From the NCBI GenBank assembly GCA_944359055.1, contig CALVSO010000004.1, positions 508 to 64,507 of the forward strand: a stretch of 64,000 bases of DNA, given 5' to 3'. Below are positions 20,534 through 29,948 of the stretch, in pieces. The translations under genes were made by a program, and so were the position numbers. Positions within the stretch are counted from its first letter, which is position 1. Each line of letters starts with the position of its first letter. The notes under the pieces are model-generated. The model saw only the letters and a program-made list of their open reading frames with translations. It made no database searches and was not told the origin of the DNA. This DNA is from an uncultured Bacilli bacterium (GTDB lineage Bacteria; Bacillota_I; Bacilli_A; RF39; UBA660).

Positions 20534-21439
20534 TTGAAAAAAGAAGAAATAAAAAAAATTATTATTATTGTTGTTTGTGTTGCTATATTAGTTTCAATTA
20601 TAATGTTAATTAAAGGTTGTGACAGTACTAAAAGTGATTTAAAAAAAATTGGATACTCTAAAGATGAAATCAATACTATAATCGAAAAATTAAATGATGA
20701 AGAAATTACTAAAATATTGAATATGGAGTATAATGAAAATTTAGTTAATATAATTAATGAACAATATTATATTCCTTATAATTTAGATAGATATTTAAGT
20801 TATGCTAATAAAAACGAAAATATTAAAGATGTAATTAGTATTGTTAATGTTGGTGCTGATAATGAATGGTATACTAACACTAAAGAAACTAATATTGATG
20901 AAGGAATTAAAATGTTAGTAAATAAATTTCATTATTTAAAAGAAGATTATTCTCCAGACGATATAGTACCTATTAGTAATTGGTATGCTTATGAAGGACA
21001 TTCTACTAAAAAAGAAGTTTATGATAAATATGTAAGTATGTGGGAAGCTGCTAACAAAGAGGGATTAACATTATTAGTTAACTCTTCTTATAGAACATTT
21101 GAAGATCAACAAAATGAATATGATATATCTAATGATGATTATGCATCAAGACCAGGTTTTTCAGAACATCAAACAGGACTAGCTTTAGATATTGTAACTT
21201 ATGATATTATTGGAAATGAATTTGAAAATACTGATGAATTTAAATGGCTACAAGAAAATGCTCATTTATATGGTTTCATCTTAAGATATCCTAAAGGTAA
21301 AGAATATATAACAGGATACAATTATGAATCATGGCATTATCGTTATGTCGGAAAAGAATTAGCCACTAAAGTAAAAGAAAGTGGTTTAACATATGATGAA
21401 TATTATGCTTATTATTGTGAATATAAAAAAGCTTGTTAA
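20534..21439 (+). CDS. M15 (VanY/LdcB-like) D,D-/L,D-carboxypeptidase, membrane-anchored
   Basis: SSYR, PGFSEHQTGLALD and YESWHYRYVG. Confidence 0.9.
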   Translation: MKKEEIKKIIIIVVCVAILVSIIMLIKGCDSTKSDLKKIGYSKDEINTIIEKLNDEEITKILNMEYNENLVNIINEQYYIPYNLDRYLSYANKNENIKDVISIVNVGADNEWYTNTKETNIDEGIKMLVNKFHYLKEDYSPDDIVPISNWYAYEGHSTKKEVYDKYVSMWEAANKEGLTLLVNSSYRTFEDQQNEYDISNDDYASRPGFSEHQTGLALDIVTYDIIGNEFENTDEFKWLQENAHLYGFILRYPKGKEYITGYNYESWHYRYVGKELATKVKESGLTYDEYYAYYCEYKKAC

Positions 21440-21461
21440 GATAGATTATTCTATCTTTTTT
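21438..21461 (+). terminator. Intrinsic terminator
   Basis: AAGATAGA-TTAT-TCTATCTT plus a T-run. Confidence 0.65.
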
Positions 21462-21477
21462 AGTGCATTAAAAAAGT

Positions 21478-21597
21478 TTAGAATATTTCTAAACTTGCAA
21501 TTTCAACTTCTTTATTCGTATCTATTTTATGATATATAACAATACAACCAATTATTATTAATATAATTGCTATTATTTTTATAATATCTTTTTTCAT
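21478..21597 (-). CDS. Unannotated 39-aa single-TM small protein MKKDIIKIIAIILIIIGCIVIYHKIDTNKEVEIASLEIF
   Basis: The ATG overlaps the amidase stop (ATGA). Basic N-terminus plus hydrophobic helix. Ends inside the hairpin AAGTTTAGAA/TTCTAAACTT. Confidence 0.55.
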   Translation of the reverse strand: MKKDIIKIIAIILIIIGCIVIYHKIDTNKEVEIASLEIF

Positions 21598-22874
21598 TCG
21601 TTCCATCCATATACTTTAATTAAACTAACATAAGGATACGAATAAGCTGAAATAGGATAATTTTCTAAATCAACAGTGTTTGAATTAACTAATATATCGA
21701 CTGTTTTACCATCTTTTTTATAATCACCGATTACTATTAAGGCATGTCTAGTTGGCCCAGTCGTACCAACATGAATTACATCTCCTGCTTCAGCATAATA
21801 CAAGTTTTCATCAACTGAAGCACATAATCCATAACCTGTATTATTTAAAGCATATTCTCTAAAATAAGGAACATATGTCCATGTATAAACATATCCTTTA
21901 TCTATTTCATTCTCATTATAAGTACCATCATACATTTTCCATTGTAAATATTGTGAAGCACTACCAGTATAATCCATTGGAATACCACCACTATATAAAA
22001 CTTGAGAAACAAAATTTTGGCAATTTGAACTAAACTCTGTCCATTCTGGATCTCGTTTATTTACCCAAACTGTTTGTTTTAAAGCTTCTTCCCTATTATA
22101 TTCATGATCACAAGTTTTTCTAGTAATACCTGTTCCATTTAGAAAATCATTGTAATCTTTTCTATCTTTTTCTAACTTATCATTTATTAAATCTAAATAA
22201 TCTTCTTTAATTTGATCTAATTTAGTTTTACCACCACTACTATATAAATCTGTTATCATAACAAAAAAATCTTGAACCTTATTATACTTAGTTATTTTAT
22301 ACTCTCCATCTACTTTTTCTAAAGTAAATTCATTTTTAATATTATATATTTTTGATTCTATTTCTTTCATAAAATTAAAATTCAAATAATTATTTTCTAA
22401 AACAGTTACTTCTACTGTATCACCATTAGTAGTTACTTCAGTAAAATCTAAATCATATTTTGCCTTATCTAAACTTAAATCATTTGGTTTTAATTTTCTA
22501 GTTTCAATTAATAAAGACAAAGCTGTTTGATTGATTAAAGCTTGCTCTGATGTAGAATCTTTAAATAAATATGTCATATCATTTTCTTTTAATTCTTTAA
22601 TTGAATTATAATAAACATTTAAAAATTCAACTATTACGTCTTCTACTTCTTTATCCACTTTAACTGTATATTTAACATTATTTAAATAATTAGTCCCTAC
22701 TTCATCTACAGTATCTTCTTCGTTTGGAGTTTCATTTGGAGTTTCTACATTAGGATTATCATTTGGTTTGTCATCCTCTTTTTTATTAAAAACAAAAAAT
22801 AAACAAACTACTATAATTGTTAATATTATAAATAATATTACTTTAAACTTCATATTTTTTTTCATATAACTCAC
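21594..22874 (-). CDS. Membrane-anchored Amidase_6 (YhbB-like) domain protein
   Basis: YNREEA...NCQNFVSQVLYSGGIPM...GDVI...HALIV, with an N-terminal TM. Confidence 0.75.
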   Translation of the reverse strand: MSYMKKNMKFKVILFIILTIIVVCLFFVFNKKEDDKPNDNPNVETPNETPNEEDTVDEVGTNYLNNVKYTVKVDKEVEDVIVEFLNVYYNSIKELKENDMTYLFKDSTSEQALINQTALSLLIETRKLKPNDLSLDKAKYDLDFTEVTTNGDTVEVTVLENNYLNFNFMKEIESKIYNIKNEFTLEKVDGEYKITKYNKVQDFFVMITDLYSSGGKTKLDQIKEDYLDLINDKLEKDRKDYNDFLNGTGITRKTCDHEYNREEALKQTVWVNKRDPEWTEFSSNCQNFVSQVLYSGGIPMDYTGSASQYLQWKMYDGTYNENEIDKGYVYTWTYVPYFREYALNNTGYGLCASVDENLYYAEAGDVIHVGTTGPTRHALIVIGDYKKDGKTVDILVNSNTVDLENYPISAYSYPYVSLIKVYGWNE

Positions 22875-22923
22875 CTACAAAAAGTATATCAAAAAAACTA
22901 TTCTAAAACAAGAATAGTTAAAT

Positions 22924-23331
22924 TTAATCTTTCTTAAAGACAAATACTTTACTAAATACATAATTAGAAACAATAACAATTACTTGAGCAATTATTTTTG
23001 TTACTAAATCATCAATATGTAACGTATCGACAAATACATATAGTATAATCATTTCCATAATTAATGAAACAACTCTAAAGAAGAAAAAACTAGTTATTTC
23101 TTTAATATTTTTTTTAGATTTACTTTCAAATACAAATATTTTATTAGTTATATAAGCAAATAGGACAGCTATTATCCATGATAATACATTACTTATTAAA
23201 TAATCAATATGAAATACTTTAGCAAATAAAGCATAAGTAATAATTGAAATTAAAGTAGTTAATCCACCAAATATCAAATAATTAATTATTTCTTTATATT
23301 TTTTGTATAAATCAAATAATTTATTAAACAT
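22924..23331 (-). CDS. GtrA family flippase-like protein
   Basis: YLIFGGLTT, FAYITNKIFVF and NYVFSKVFVF. Four TM segments. Confidence 0.9.
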   Translation of the reverse strand: MFNKLFDLYKKYKEIINYLIFGGLTTLISIITYALFAKVFHIDYLISNVLSWIIAVLFAYITNKIFVFESKSKKNIKEITSFFFFRVVSLIMEMIILYVFVDTLHIDDLVTKIIAQVIVIVSNYVFSKVFVFKKD

Positions 23332-24262
23332 CTTTTTCGGTCTCCTTAATTATATATACCGGTCTATTTTTAACTTCTAAATAAGTTTTAGCTAAATACT
23401 GTCCCATTATTCCCAAACAAAATAATTGAACACCACTCACAAAAAATATAATACATACTAAACTTGGCCAACCTGATACTGGATCACCAAACATTAAAGT
23501 TTTAAAAATAATAACTAAAATCATTATAAATGAAATAATACAAAATAATATTCCTGCTATTGAAGAAATTAATAAAGGAACAGTTGAAAATCCAACGATA
23601 CTTTCCATTGAATAAGCAAATAACTTCCAAAAATTCCACTTAGTAGTTCCTGCTACTCTTTCAGTATTTTCAAATGTTAACCACTTAGTTTTAAATCCTA
23701 CCCAACTAAATATACCTTTAGAATATCTATTATATTCTTTTAAAGATAAAATTGCATCAACCATTTGTCTAGACATCAATCTAAAATCTCTTGCTCCATC
23801 TACTATTTCTGTTTTAGATATTTTATTAATTATTTTATAATACCATTTTGTAAATAATTTTCTAAAAAATGAATATCCATTTCTTGAAACACTACGAGTG
23901 GCAACGCAATCATAATCACTATTTTCTAAAGTTTCATACATTTCAATTAATAAATGCGGAGGATCTTGTAAATCAACATCCATCATACAAACATAATCGC
24001 CAACTGATGCTTCTAATCCCGCTAAAATACCAGCTTCTTTACCAAAATTTCTTGAAAAAGATATATATCTTACATGTTTATCCTTTTTAGCTAATTCTCT
24101 TAATATTTCTAAAGTTTTATCTTTTGAACCATCATTAATAAATATTAATTCAAATTTAACTTTTTTCATTTCTTTCATTACTTTATTTATTTCTTCATAA
24201 AAAATTGGTAATGATTCTTCTTCATTGTAACAAGGTACTATAACACTTATTTTTTTCTCCAT
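23324..24262 (-). CDS. GT2 polyprenol-phosphate glycosyltransferase (GtrB/CsbB-like)
   Basis: VPCYNEE, NDGSKD, SRNFGKE, DVDLQDPP and DFRLM, with two C-terminal TMs. Confidence 0.92.
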   Translation of the reverse strand: MEKKISVIVPCYNEEESLPIFYEEINKVMKEMKKVKFELIFINDGSKDKTLEILRELAKKDKHVRYISFSRNFGKEAGILAGLEASVGDYVCMMDVDLQDPPHLLIEMYETLENSDYDCVATRSVSRNGYSFFRKLFTKWYYKIINKISKTEIVDGARDFRLMSRQMVDAILSLKEYNRYSKGIFSWVGFKTKWLTFENTERVAGTTKWNFWKLFAYSMESIVGFSTVPLLISSIAGILFCIISFIMILVIIFKTLMFGDPVSGWPSLVCIIFFVSGVQLFCLGIMGQYLAKTYLEVKNRPVYIIKETEKDV

Positions 24263-25821
24263 ACAAACACTCCAAATCCTACAATACTAATTATTGAAAC
24301 AATTTTAGCTAATTCATCATATTTAGTTCCAGTAAAATCTAATTTATAAGTTCCACTTTCTAATTTTGTTTCAATAAAACCGTTTTCATTTTCATAAAAA
24401 CTAATTTTATTATTATTTTCATCTAATAATGTATAACCTATATAATAAAGACGAGGTAATTCAACTGTTACATTATTATCAACTTTAAATTCTAAATATG
24501 GAACATCATTATTAATTATTTCAATATTAGCTTCTCCTTCTTTAATTATTATATCATGATTTCGATTATCATAATAGTCTAAATTATTAGCTGTATTAAC
24601 TGGTAGATATTCTTTTTGGTATCCTAAACCATACCAATACTCTAAATTATTAACATCAATAACTTCATTAGTTGCTTGTTTTAAATTAGGTTGAGCAAGT
24701 AACACCATAAATATAATTAAAATAATACTTAACATTTTTTTATCATTAAATTTACTTATACAAAGAGGAGCTAAAACACTAATTGATAATGAAACAAACG
24801 TTACAAATCGCCAAGGAAATTGAATTATTCTAAGTGATTTAGGTAATAAATCCCAAGGAAATAATTTGCTTGATAAAATTAAACTAATAATACCAAATAT
24901 TAAAATATAATTATAATATTTATTATTATATTGTTTATATTTTTTTAACGTTAAAAATAATAGAATTAAAACAATTAAATCAATATAAAATCTTGTTTCA
25001 CCAGTTCCCCATTTATCTCCTATCATAATATATTTTAAAATATTTAAAGCATTACCCCAAGTTCCTTGGACCATAACACCTTCTACAAATACATTATAAT
25101 TACCTAATAATTTTTGTTGTAATAAAGTAACTAAAAATGGTGAAGTAATAGCTAAAATAAATATTGATGCTATTACAAATTGTTTTATATATTTAATACT
25201 TTTTTTATATTTAAAAATTAAAAATATTAAAATTAAAACAGTAAAATATGTCATCATTGTTAAATGTGATAATATACCACCGACATATCCTATTACAAAA
25301 AATATATAAAATTTCTTATTATTATCATTAAATAATTCATATAATCCCAATAAAATTAAAGGTAAAAATATAAAAAGTAAACTTTCACCTATTGCATCTC
25401 TTATATAAATATCAGATAAATGATATGGAAAAAGCATATAAATTATTGCTGATATTAATCCAATATAATCATTTTTAGATAATCTTTTAGATAATAAGAA
25501 CATACTAATACCTGATAAAAATAAACTTATAAAATAAACTATCTCTACACTAATAACAGGATTATCTATAACAACATTTATATAAGATGCTGCATAATGA
25601 CTTAAAGGAGGATAAAATAAATTTGTACCATAACCAAAATCATTACCAATATTCCCCACTATTTTACTTGGATTAAAAAAATCTTTTTTTATTTGTTCTG
25701 TTAAACTATCAATATTAGTCAAATGAAATTTAGTATCATGACTTGATTTATAATCACTAGTAAAAAGTGGTAACATCGTTATAAAAGCAACTGCTAGAAT
25801 AATTAATATGTATTTTTTCAT
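24247..25821 (-). CDS. Polytopic GT-C-type membrane protein (YfhO/PTPS-related family)
   Basis: HD..FH, GYG.NLFYPPL, PYH, QFPWRF, EYLP and LP.LYY.GY. In an operon with GT2 and GtrA. Confidence 0.75.
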   Translation of the reverse strand: MKKYILIILAVAFITMLPLFTSDYKSSHDTKFHLTNIDSLTEQIKKDFFNPSKIVGNIGNDFGYGTNLFYPPLSHYAASYINVVIDNPVISVEIVYFISLFLSGISMFLLSKRLSKNDYIGLISAIIYMLFPYHLSDIYIRDAIGESLLFIFLPLILLGLYELFNDNNKKFYIFFVIGYVGGILSHLTMMTYFTVLILIFLIFKYKKSIKYIKQFVIASIFILAITSPFLVTLLQQKLLGNYNVFVEGVMVQGTWGNALNILKYIMIGDKWGTGETRFYIDLIVLILLFLTLKKYKQYNNKYYNYILIFGIISLILSSKLFPWDLLPKSLRIIQFPWRFVTFVSLSISVLAPLCISKFNDKKMLSIILIIFMVLLAQPNLKQATNEVIDVNNLEYWYGLGYQKEYLPVNTANNLDYYDNRNHDIIIKEGEANIEIINNDVPYLEFKVDNNVTVELPRLYYIGYTLLDENNNKISFYENENGFIETKLESGTYKLDFTGTKYDELAKIVSIISIVGFGVFVWRKK

Positions 25822-25900
25822 TTATATTCACCAAAATCATTATACCATAAATTTAGTAAATCATATACCATATTTACCCAATTGCATATAATTATTATAG

Positions 25901-26566
25901 GTGAATATCATGGAAAAAAATTTAAAAAAAGCTTATTATATAATTATTGGTATTTTAATTTTATTGTTTTTTAATAAAGATGAAGAAGGATTTTATAAAA
26001 ATATTAAACTTATTGAAAATCCTGACGATGTATTAGTTTTAGTTAATAAAAATAATCAATTGTTAAGTAGTTATATTCCCAAAGATTTAGAAAGCATTTC
26101 TTTAAAATACGCTAATAAAGATAAATACTTAAAAAAAGAAGCGAAAATAGCTTTTGAAAAATTAAGTGAAGACGCATCTAAATTAGGTTATCGAATTGTA
26201 GCTGTTTCTGCTTATCGTGATTACAATTATCAAAATGAATTATTTAATTACTATGTTAAAGAAAAAGGTTTAAATTATGCTTTAGAGTGTTCAGCAAAAC
26301 CAGGACATTCTGAACATCAAACTGGTTTAGCTTTAGATGTTGAAGGATCTAACAAAGATTATGATAATTTTGAAAATTCCAAAGAATTTATTTGGATGAA
26401 AGATAACGCTCATAAATATGGCTTTATTTTGAGATATCCTAAAGGAAAAGAACATATAACAGGTTTTAAGTATGAACCATGGCATTATCGTTATGTTGGA
26501 AATGAGGTAGCTAAATATATTTATGAAAATAATTTAACACTAGAAGAATATTTTAAAAAGATATGA
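25901..26566 (+). CDS. Second M15 D,D-carboxypeptidase family protein
   Basis: SAYR, PGHSEHQTGLALD and YEPWHYRYVG. Confidence 0.9.
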   Translation: MNIMEKNLKKAYYIIIGILILLFFNKDEEGFYKNIKLIENPDDVLVLVNKNNQLLSSYIPKDLESISLKYANKDKYLKKEAKIAFEKLSEDASKLGYRIVAVSAYRDYNYQNELFNYYVKEKGLNYALECSAKPGHSEHQTGLALDVEGSNKDYDNFENSKEFIWMKDNAHKYGFILRYPKGKEHITGFKYEPWHYRYVGNEVAKYIYENNLTLEEYFKKI

Positions 26567-26580
26567 TATAATACCATTAG

Positions 26581-28263
26581 GTGATTATCATGAAATACTT
26601 AAAAGAAAATAAGTTTATTATTTTAACAATTGTTATTTTATGTGGATTAATGTTTTATTTTATCAATCAAAAACAAGGCTTCCACGAAGATGAAATATTT
26701 TCATATGGTTCAAGTAATTATAAATATGATAATGTTTATAGATGGTTTGGATATGCTGAAGCTAATCAAGATATTTTATATAAACAAATTTTAACAGGTA
26801 GTTTAAGTAATCGAATTAATAATTTAATTAAATATAAAACCAATATTGAACAATTTAATAAAGATGAAATATTATCTAAAGAAATACCTACTTGGAAATA
26901 TAAAGATGAAGCATTAGAATATCTAGCTATTCAAAAAGAAGATATTTTTAATTATTTTTCTGTTTATCAAAATCAAGCAAGAGATGTTCATCCACCATTC
27001 TTCTATTATCTTGTCCATTTAACATCAACACTTTTTTATAATAACTTTACCAAATATATAATATTTAGTCTTAACTTAGTTTTCTTTATTGGTGTTTTAT
27101 TAATTATTAAAAAAATAGTTGAAGCATTAAATCATAAAGAGTTAGTTATTCCAACTATGATTTTATATGGTGCTAGTATGGGATGTATTAGTACTGTTAT
27201 GTTTCAAAGAATGTATATGATGGTTACTTTCTTTAGTATTTTATATTTATATTTTATAATTAAATTTATTAAGAACGATTTTAAAATAAAAGATAAATTT
27301 TGGTTTATTTTAACAATTATCTTAGGATTTTTAACCCAATATTATTTTTGTATTTATATAGTTTTAATATTTATTATTTTATCAATTTATTTATTACTCA
27401 ATAAAAAATATAAAAAATGGTTTGATTTTTTAAAACTACATGTTATATCAGCTTTAATTGGTATTGTTATTTATCCATATTGTATTGAAGATATATTCTT
27501 TTCTTATCGTGGTATAGGTAGTAGCGAAGCTAAAACTAAAACTTTTTTAGAAAGTTTACAATATTATGGTGATCAATTAATTAATTTATTTGGCTTACAA
27601 AATATTATCTACCTTCTAATTATTGGATTAATTATTGCAGTTATACATAAAATAAATAAAAAAGAAATATTAAAAAACAAATTGAATATTATTGTTATAT
27701 TTTTACCTATTATTTTATTTATTATGACCATATCTAAAATAGCACCTTTTTTAGGAGAAAATTATACTTCTAGATATATGATGTTATTATTTCCAGTTAT
27801 ATCTATAGCAATTTTATATATTTTAACATTCTTACTTGATAATAAAAAAACTATTTTTATAGTTGGATTATCAATTAGCTTATTACTAAGCATTAATGGT
27901 TTATATAATAATACCCCAGTTTATTTATATAAAGATTATGAAAAAGCTATGGAATTAGCTAAAGATAATAGTGATAAATATTTTGTTTATGTATTTGATA
28001 ATTACTTTACTCACTTAAGTTCATTACCAGAATTTAATACTTACAAAGCTTCATTAATCTTAAATAAAAATATTCACGACTTTGAATTATTAGATAATAA
28101 AGAATTAAATGAATCTAATGAATTTATATTATGCATTAAAAATTGGTTAAATAAAGATGAAATTTTAAATTTAGTTTTAGAAAAATCTGGTTATAAAAAT
28201 TACGAAGTTTTATTAGAATTAAATAGTGATGTTGAATCAACCTATTATAGAATAACAAAATAA
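26581..28263 (+). CDS. GT-C fold membrane glycosyltransferase (PMT/ArnT-like)
   Basis: K.GFHEDE, DVHPPFFY, RMY, TQYY and RY motifs, with many TMs. Confidence 0.75.
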   Translation: MIIMKYLKENKFIILTIVILCGLMFYFINQKQGFHEDEIFSYGSSNYKYDNVYRWFGYAEANQDILYKQILTGSLSNRINNLIKYKTNIEQFNKDEILSKEIPTWKYKDEALEYLAIQKEDIFNYFSVYQNQARDVHPPFFYYLVHLTSTLFYNNFTKYIIFSLNLVFFIGVLLIIKKIVEALNHKELVIPTMILYGASMGCISTVMFQRMYMMVTFFSILYLYFIIKFIKNDFKIKDKFWFILTIILGFLTQYYFCIYIVLIFIILSIYLLLNKKYKKWFDFLKLHVISALIGIVIYPYCIEDIFFSYRGIGSSEAKTKTFLESLQYYGDQLINLFGLQNIIYLLIIGLIIAVIHKINKKEILKNKLNIIVIFLPIILFIMTISKIAPFLGENYTSRYMMLLFPVISIAILYILTFLLDNKKTIFIVGLSISLLLSINGLYNNTPVYLYKDYEKAMELAKDNSDKYFVYVFDNYFTHLSSLPEFNTYKASLILNKNIHDFELLDNKELNESNEFILCIKNWLNKDEILNLVLEKSGYKNYEVLLELNSDVESTYYRITK

Positions 28264-28282
28264 ATATTGAAAGGAATCTAAT

Positions 28283-28736
28283 ATGTTAAGTTACGAAGGA
28301 ATATTTTTTGATGAAAATGCATTAAAGATAATTAAAGCTAACGAATTGTATCATTTGCCAATATTAAATGATATAATTCATTGCACTTTTAAATACCACC
28401 CATTAGAAAATGAAATTTTTGACGAATTAGTTGAAAAAAAATTTGAAATTAGATTAATAGGATATGGTTGTAATGGAAAAAATAGTGGTTTTCAAATTAA
28501 ATTACCAAATGAATTAATTAACTATTATATTTGATGAAGATAATAATACAAAATTAAAAATTCCACATATAACCACATTATTATCTGAAGGTGCTGAAGC
28601 TTCAGATAATAAAAATTTAAATTTTCTTCCTTTAGAAAATCCTATTACGATTATTGGAAAATTTGGTTATTGGATAAAAGATAAAAATAAAGAATACATT
28701 TCTTTTGAACCATATAAAAATATTAAAAAAATATAA
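28283..28736 (+). pseudogene. Frameshifted 2H phosphoesterase
   Basis: The first HxT motif (IHCTF) is in ORF 28283-28534. The second (IPHIT) is in a different frame, reading FDEDNNTKLKIPHITTLLSEGAEASDNKNLNF...GKFGYW to a TAA at 28736. Confidence 0.7.
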
Positions 28737-28801
28737 AAATCCAACAAAATGTTGGATTTTTTAGTTATTTAAATATATTCCATCTACAATCATCATTTAT
28801 G
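28731..28801. repeat. 71-bp direct repeat, copy 1 (diverged duplicate of the cotD-like 3' end plus terminator)
   Basis: 67/71 identical to 29578-29648. Contains the perfect palindrome AAAAATCCAACA-AAA-TGTTGGATTTTT. Confidence 0.92.
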
Positions 28802-29470
28802 TTAACCTAATAAATTCCATTCCTTATCATTCAATTTAATTTTATATTTTTTGTTAACTTTATTACAAAATGCATCAATTGCTTTAAATATTTTTTTTGT
28901 AAAGTAATATTCATTTAACTCTTTTAAATTCATTTTAGAATTTGCTTTAAAATTAAATACAAACATATCATTTTCAGTATTTACTTTTATGTCTTCAATA
29001 TTACAAAATTGTCTATTTCCAATTACCATTTTGCCTGCTTTAGCAACTCTAGTATATTTTACGTCTAATTTATCAGCCAAAATTAAAGCAAGTGCTATTA
29101 TATTATCAGTATCAAAACCATCACTGTGAATTTTTATTGCTTCCAATACTTGCTCTTTATTTTTAAAATTTATATTATTTTTTTCAAAGTATTTTTTAGC
29201 AAACTCGTAACTTCTTAAAGCATGGTCGTCTTTTCCTTGTAGTGCTCCTGTATCATGGAGAATAGAGGCAATTTTTGCACTATAGATTAAATCTTCATCG
29301 TAATTTAATATTAATAATATATTTTCTACAATATCAGCAACATTTAATACATGATTATAGTCATGATATGCCCACCCTTTTTCTTTATTTCCATCTTCAA
29401 ATTCATGTATTTTGTTATAAATATCAATTATTAAAGTGTCGTTTTTAATTTTATTATAAAGTTCTTTCAT
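28802..29470 (-). CDS. HD-domain metal-dependent phosphohydrolase
   Basis: HDYNH...LHDTG...HALRS...IH...ADKLD. Confidence 0.88.
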   Translation of the reverse strand: MKELYNKIKNDTLIIDIYNKIHEFEDGNKEKGWAYHDYNHVLNVADIVENILLILNYDEDLIYSAKIASILHDTGALQGKDDHALRSYEFAKKYFEKNNINFKNKEQVLEAIKIHSDGFDTDNIIALALILADKLDVKYTRVAKAGKMVIGNRQFCNIEDIKVNTENDMFVFNFKANSKMNLKELNEYYFTKKIFKAIDAFCNKVNKKYKIKLNDKEWNLLG

Positions 29471-29577
29471 AAAACATCACCAATAAAAGTATATCATATT
29501 TTTAAAAATTATTATTAAAAAGAACTTTAATATTTATATTTTCACCTTTAAATATTAATTTTTATTCTATTCAAAGC

Positions 29578-29648
29578 ATATAAAAATCCAACAAAATGTT
29601 GGATTTTTCAGTTATTTAAACATATTGCATCCACAATCATCATTTATG
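29578..29648. repeat. 71-bp direct repeat, copy 2 (last 11 codons, stop and terminator of the cotD-like gene)
   Basis: Matches 28731-28801 with 4 mismatches. Offset 847 bp. Confidence 0.92.
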
Positions 29649-29854
29649 ATTTGTGTTTCTTCTGTACAAGTATATTTTGGAGTATAACTATGAACATAAT
29701 GAACTCTATTAATTGTATGGGTATTTATAGGACAAATATGTGGTACTTCACAATAAAAATCCTTTTCAACACAATTATTAATCATAGGTTCATAAACTGG
29801 TTGCATAGGTTGTGGCATAAAACCCTTATTACAACAATTCCTTTTATTAAACAT
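29612..29854 (-). CDS. cotD: CotD-family Cys/His-rich spore coat protein
   Basis: PVYEP...EVPHICPINTHTINR.HY.H.Y.P.YT pattern. sigK-like promoter upstream. Confidence 0.65.
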   Translation of the reverse strand: MFNKRNCCNKGFMPQPMQPVYEPMINNCVEKDFYCEVPHICPINTHTINRVHYVHSYTPKYTCTEETQIINDDCGCNMFK

Positions 29855-29875
29855 TTTAATCCCCCTTACCTAGTT

Positions 29876-29902
29876 TATAATATGAAGTAATAAAATAGTT
29901 GT
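29876..29902 (-). promoter_or_regulatory. sigK-like promoter of the cotD-like gene
   Basis: ACA, 15-nt spacer, CATATTATA on the minus strand. Confidence 0.45.
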
Positions 29903-29919
29903 ATATGTTTTTGTACTAA

Positions 29920-29946
29920 AAAATCATTGATTTGTTCAATGATTTT
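29920..29946 (-). terminator. Terminator of the DpnII cassette
   Basis: AAAATCATTGA-TTTGT-TCAATGATTTT. Confidence 0.7.
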
Positions 29947-29948
29947 AA

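Noticed and set aside
28529-28540. TGA read-through or genetic code 4 at the 2H gene
   Set aside because: The frame has TGA TGA AGA TAA, so read-through would not help. TGA is a normal stop elsewhere (parE, dnaB) and Trp is encoded by TGG.
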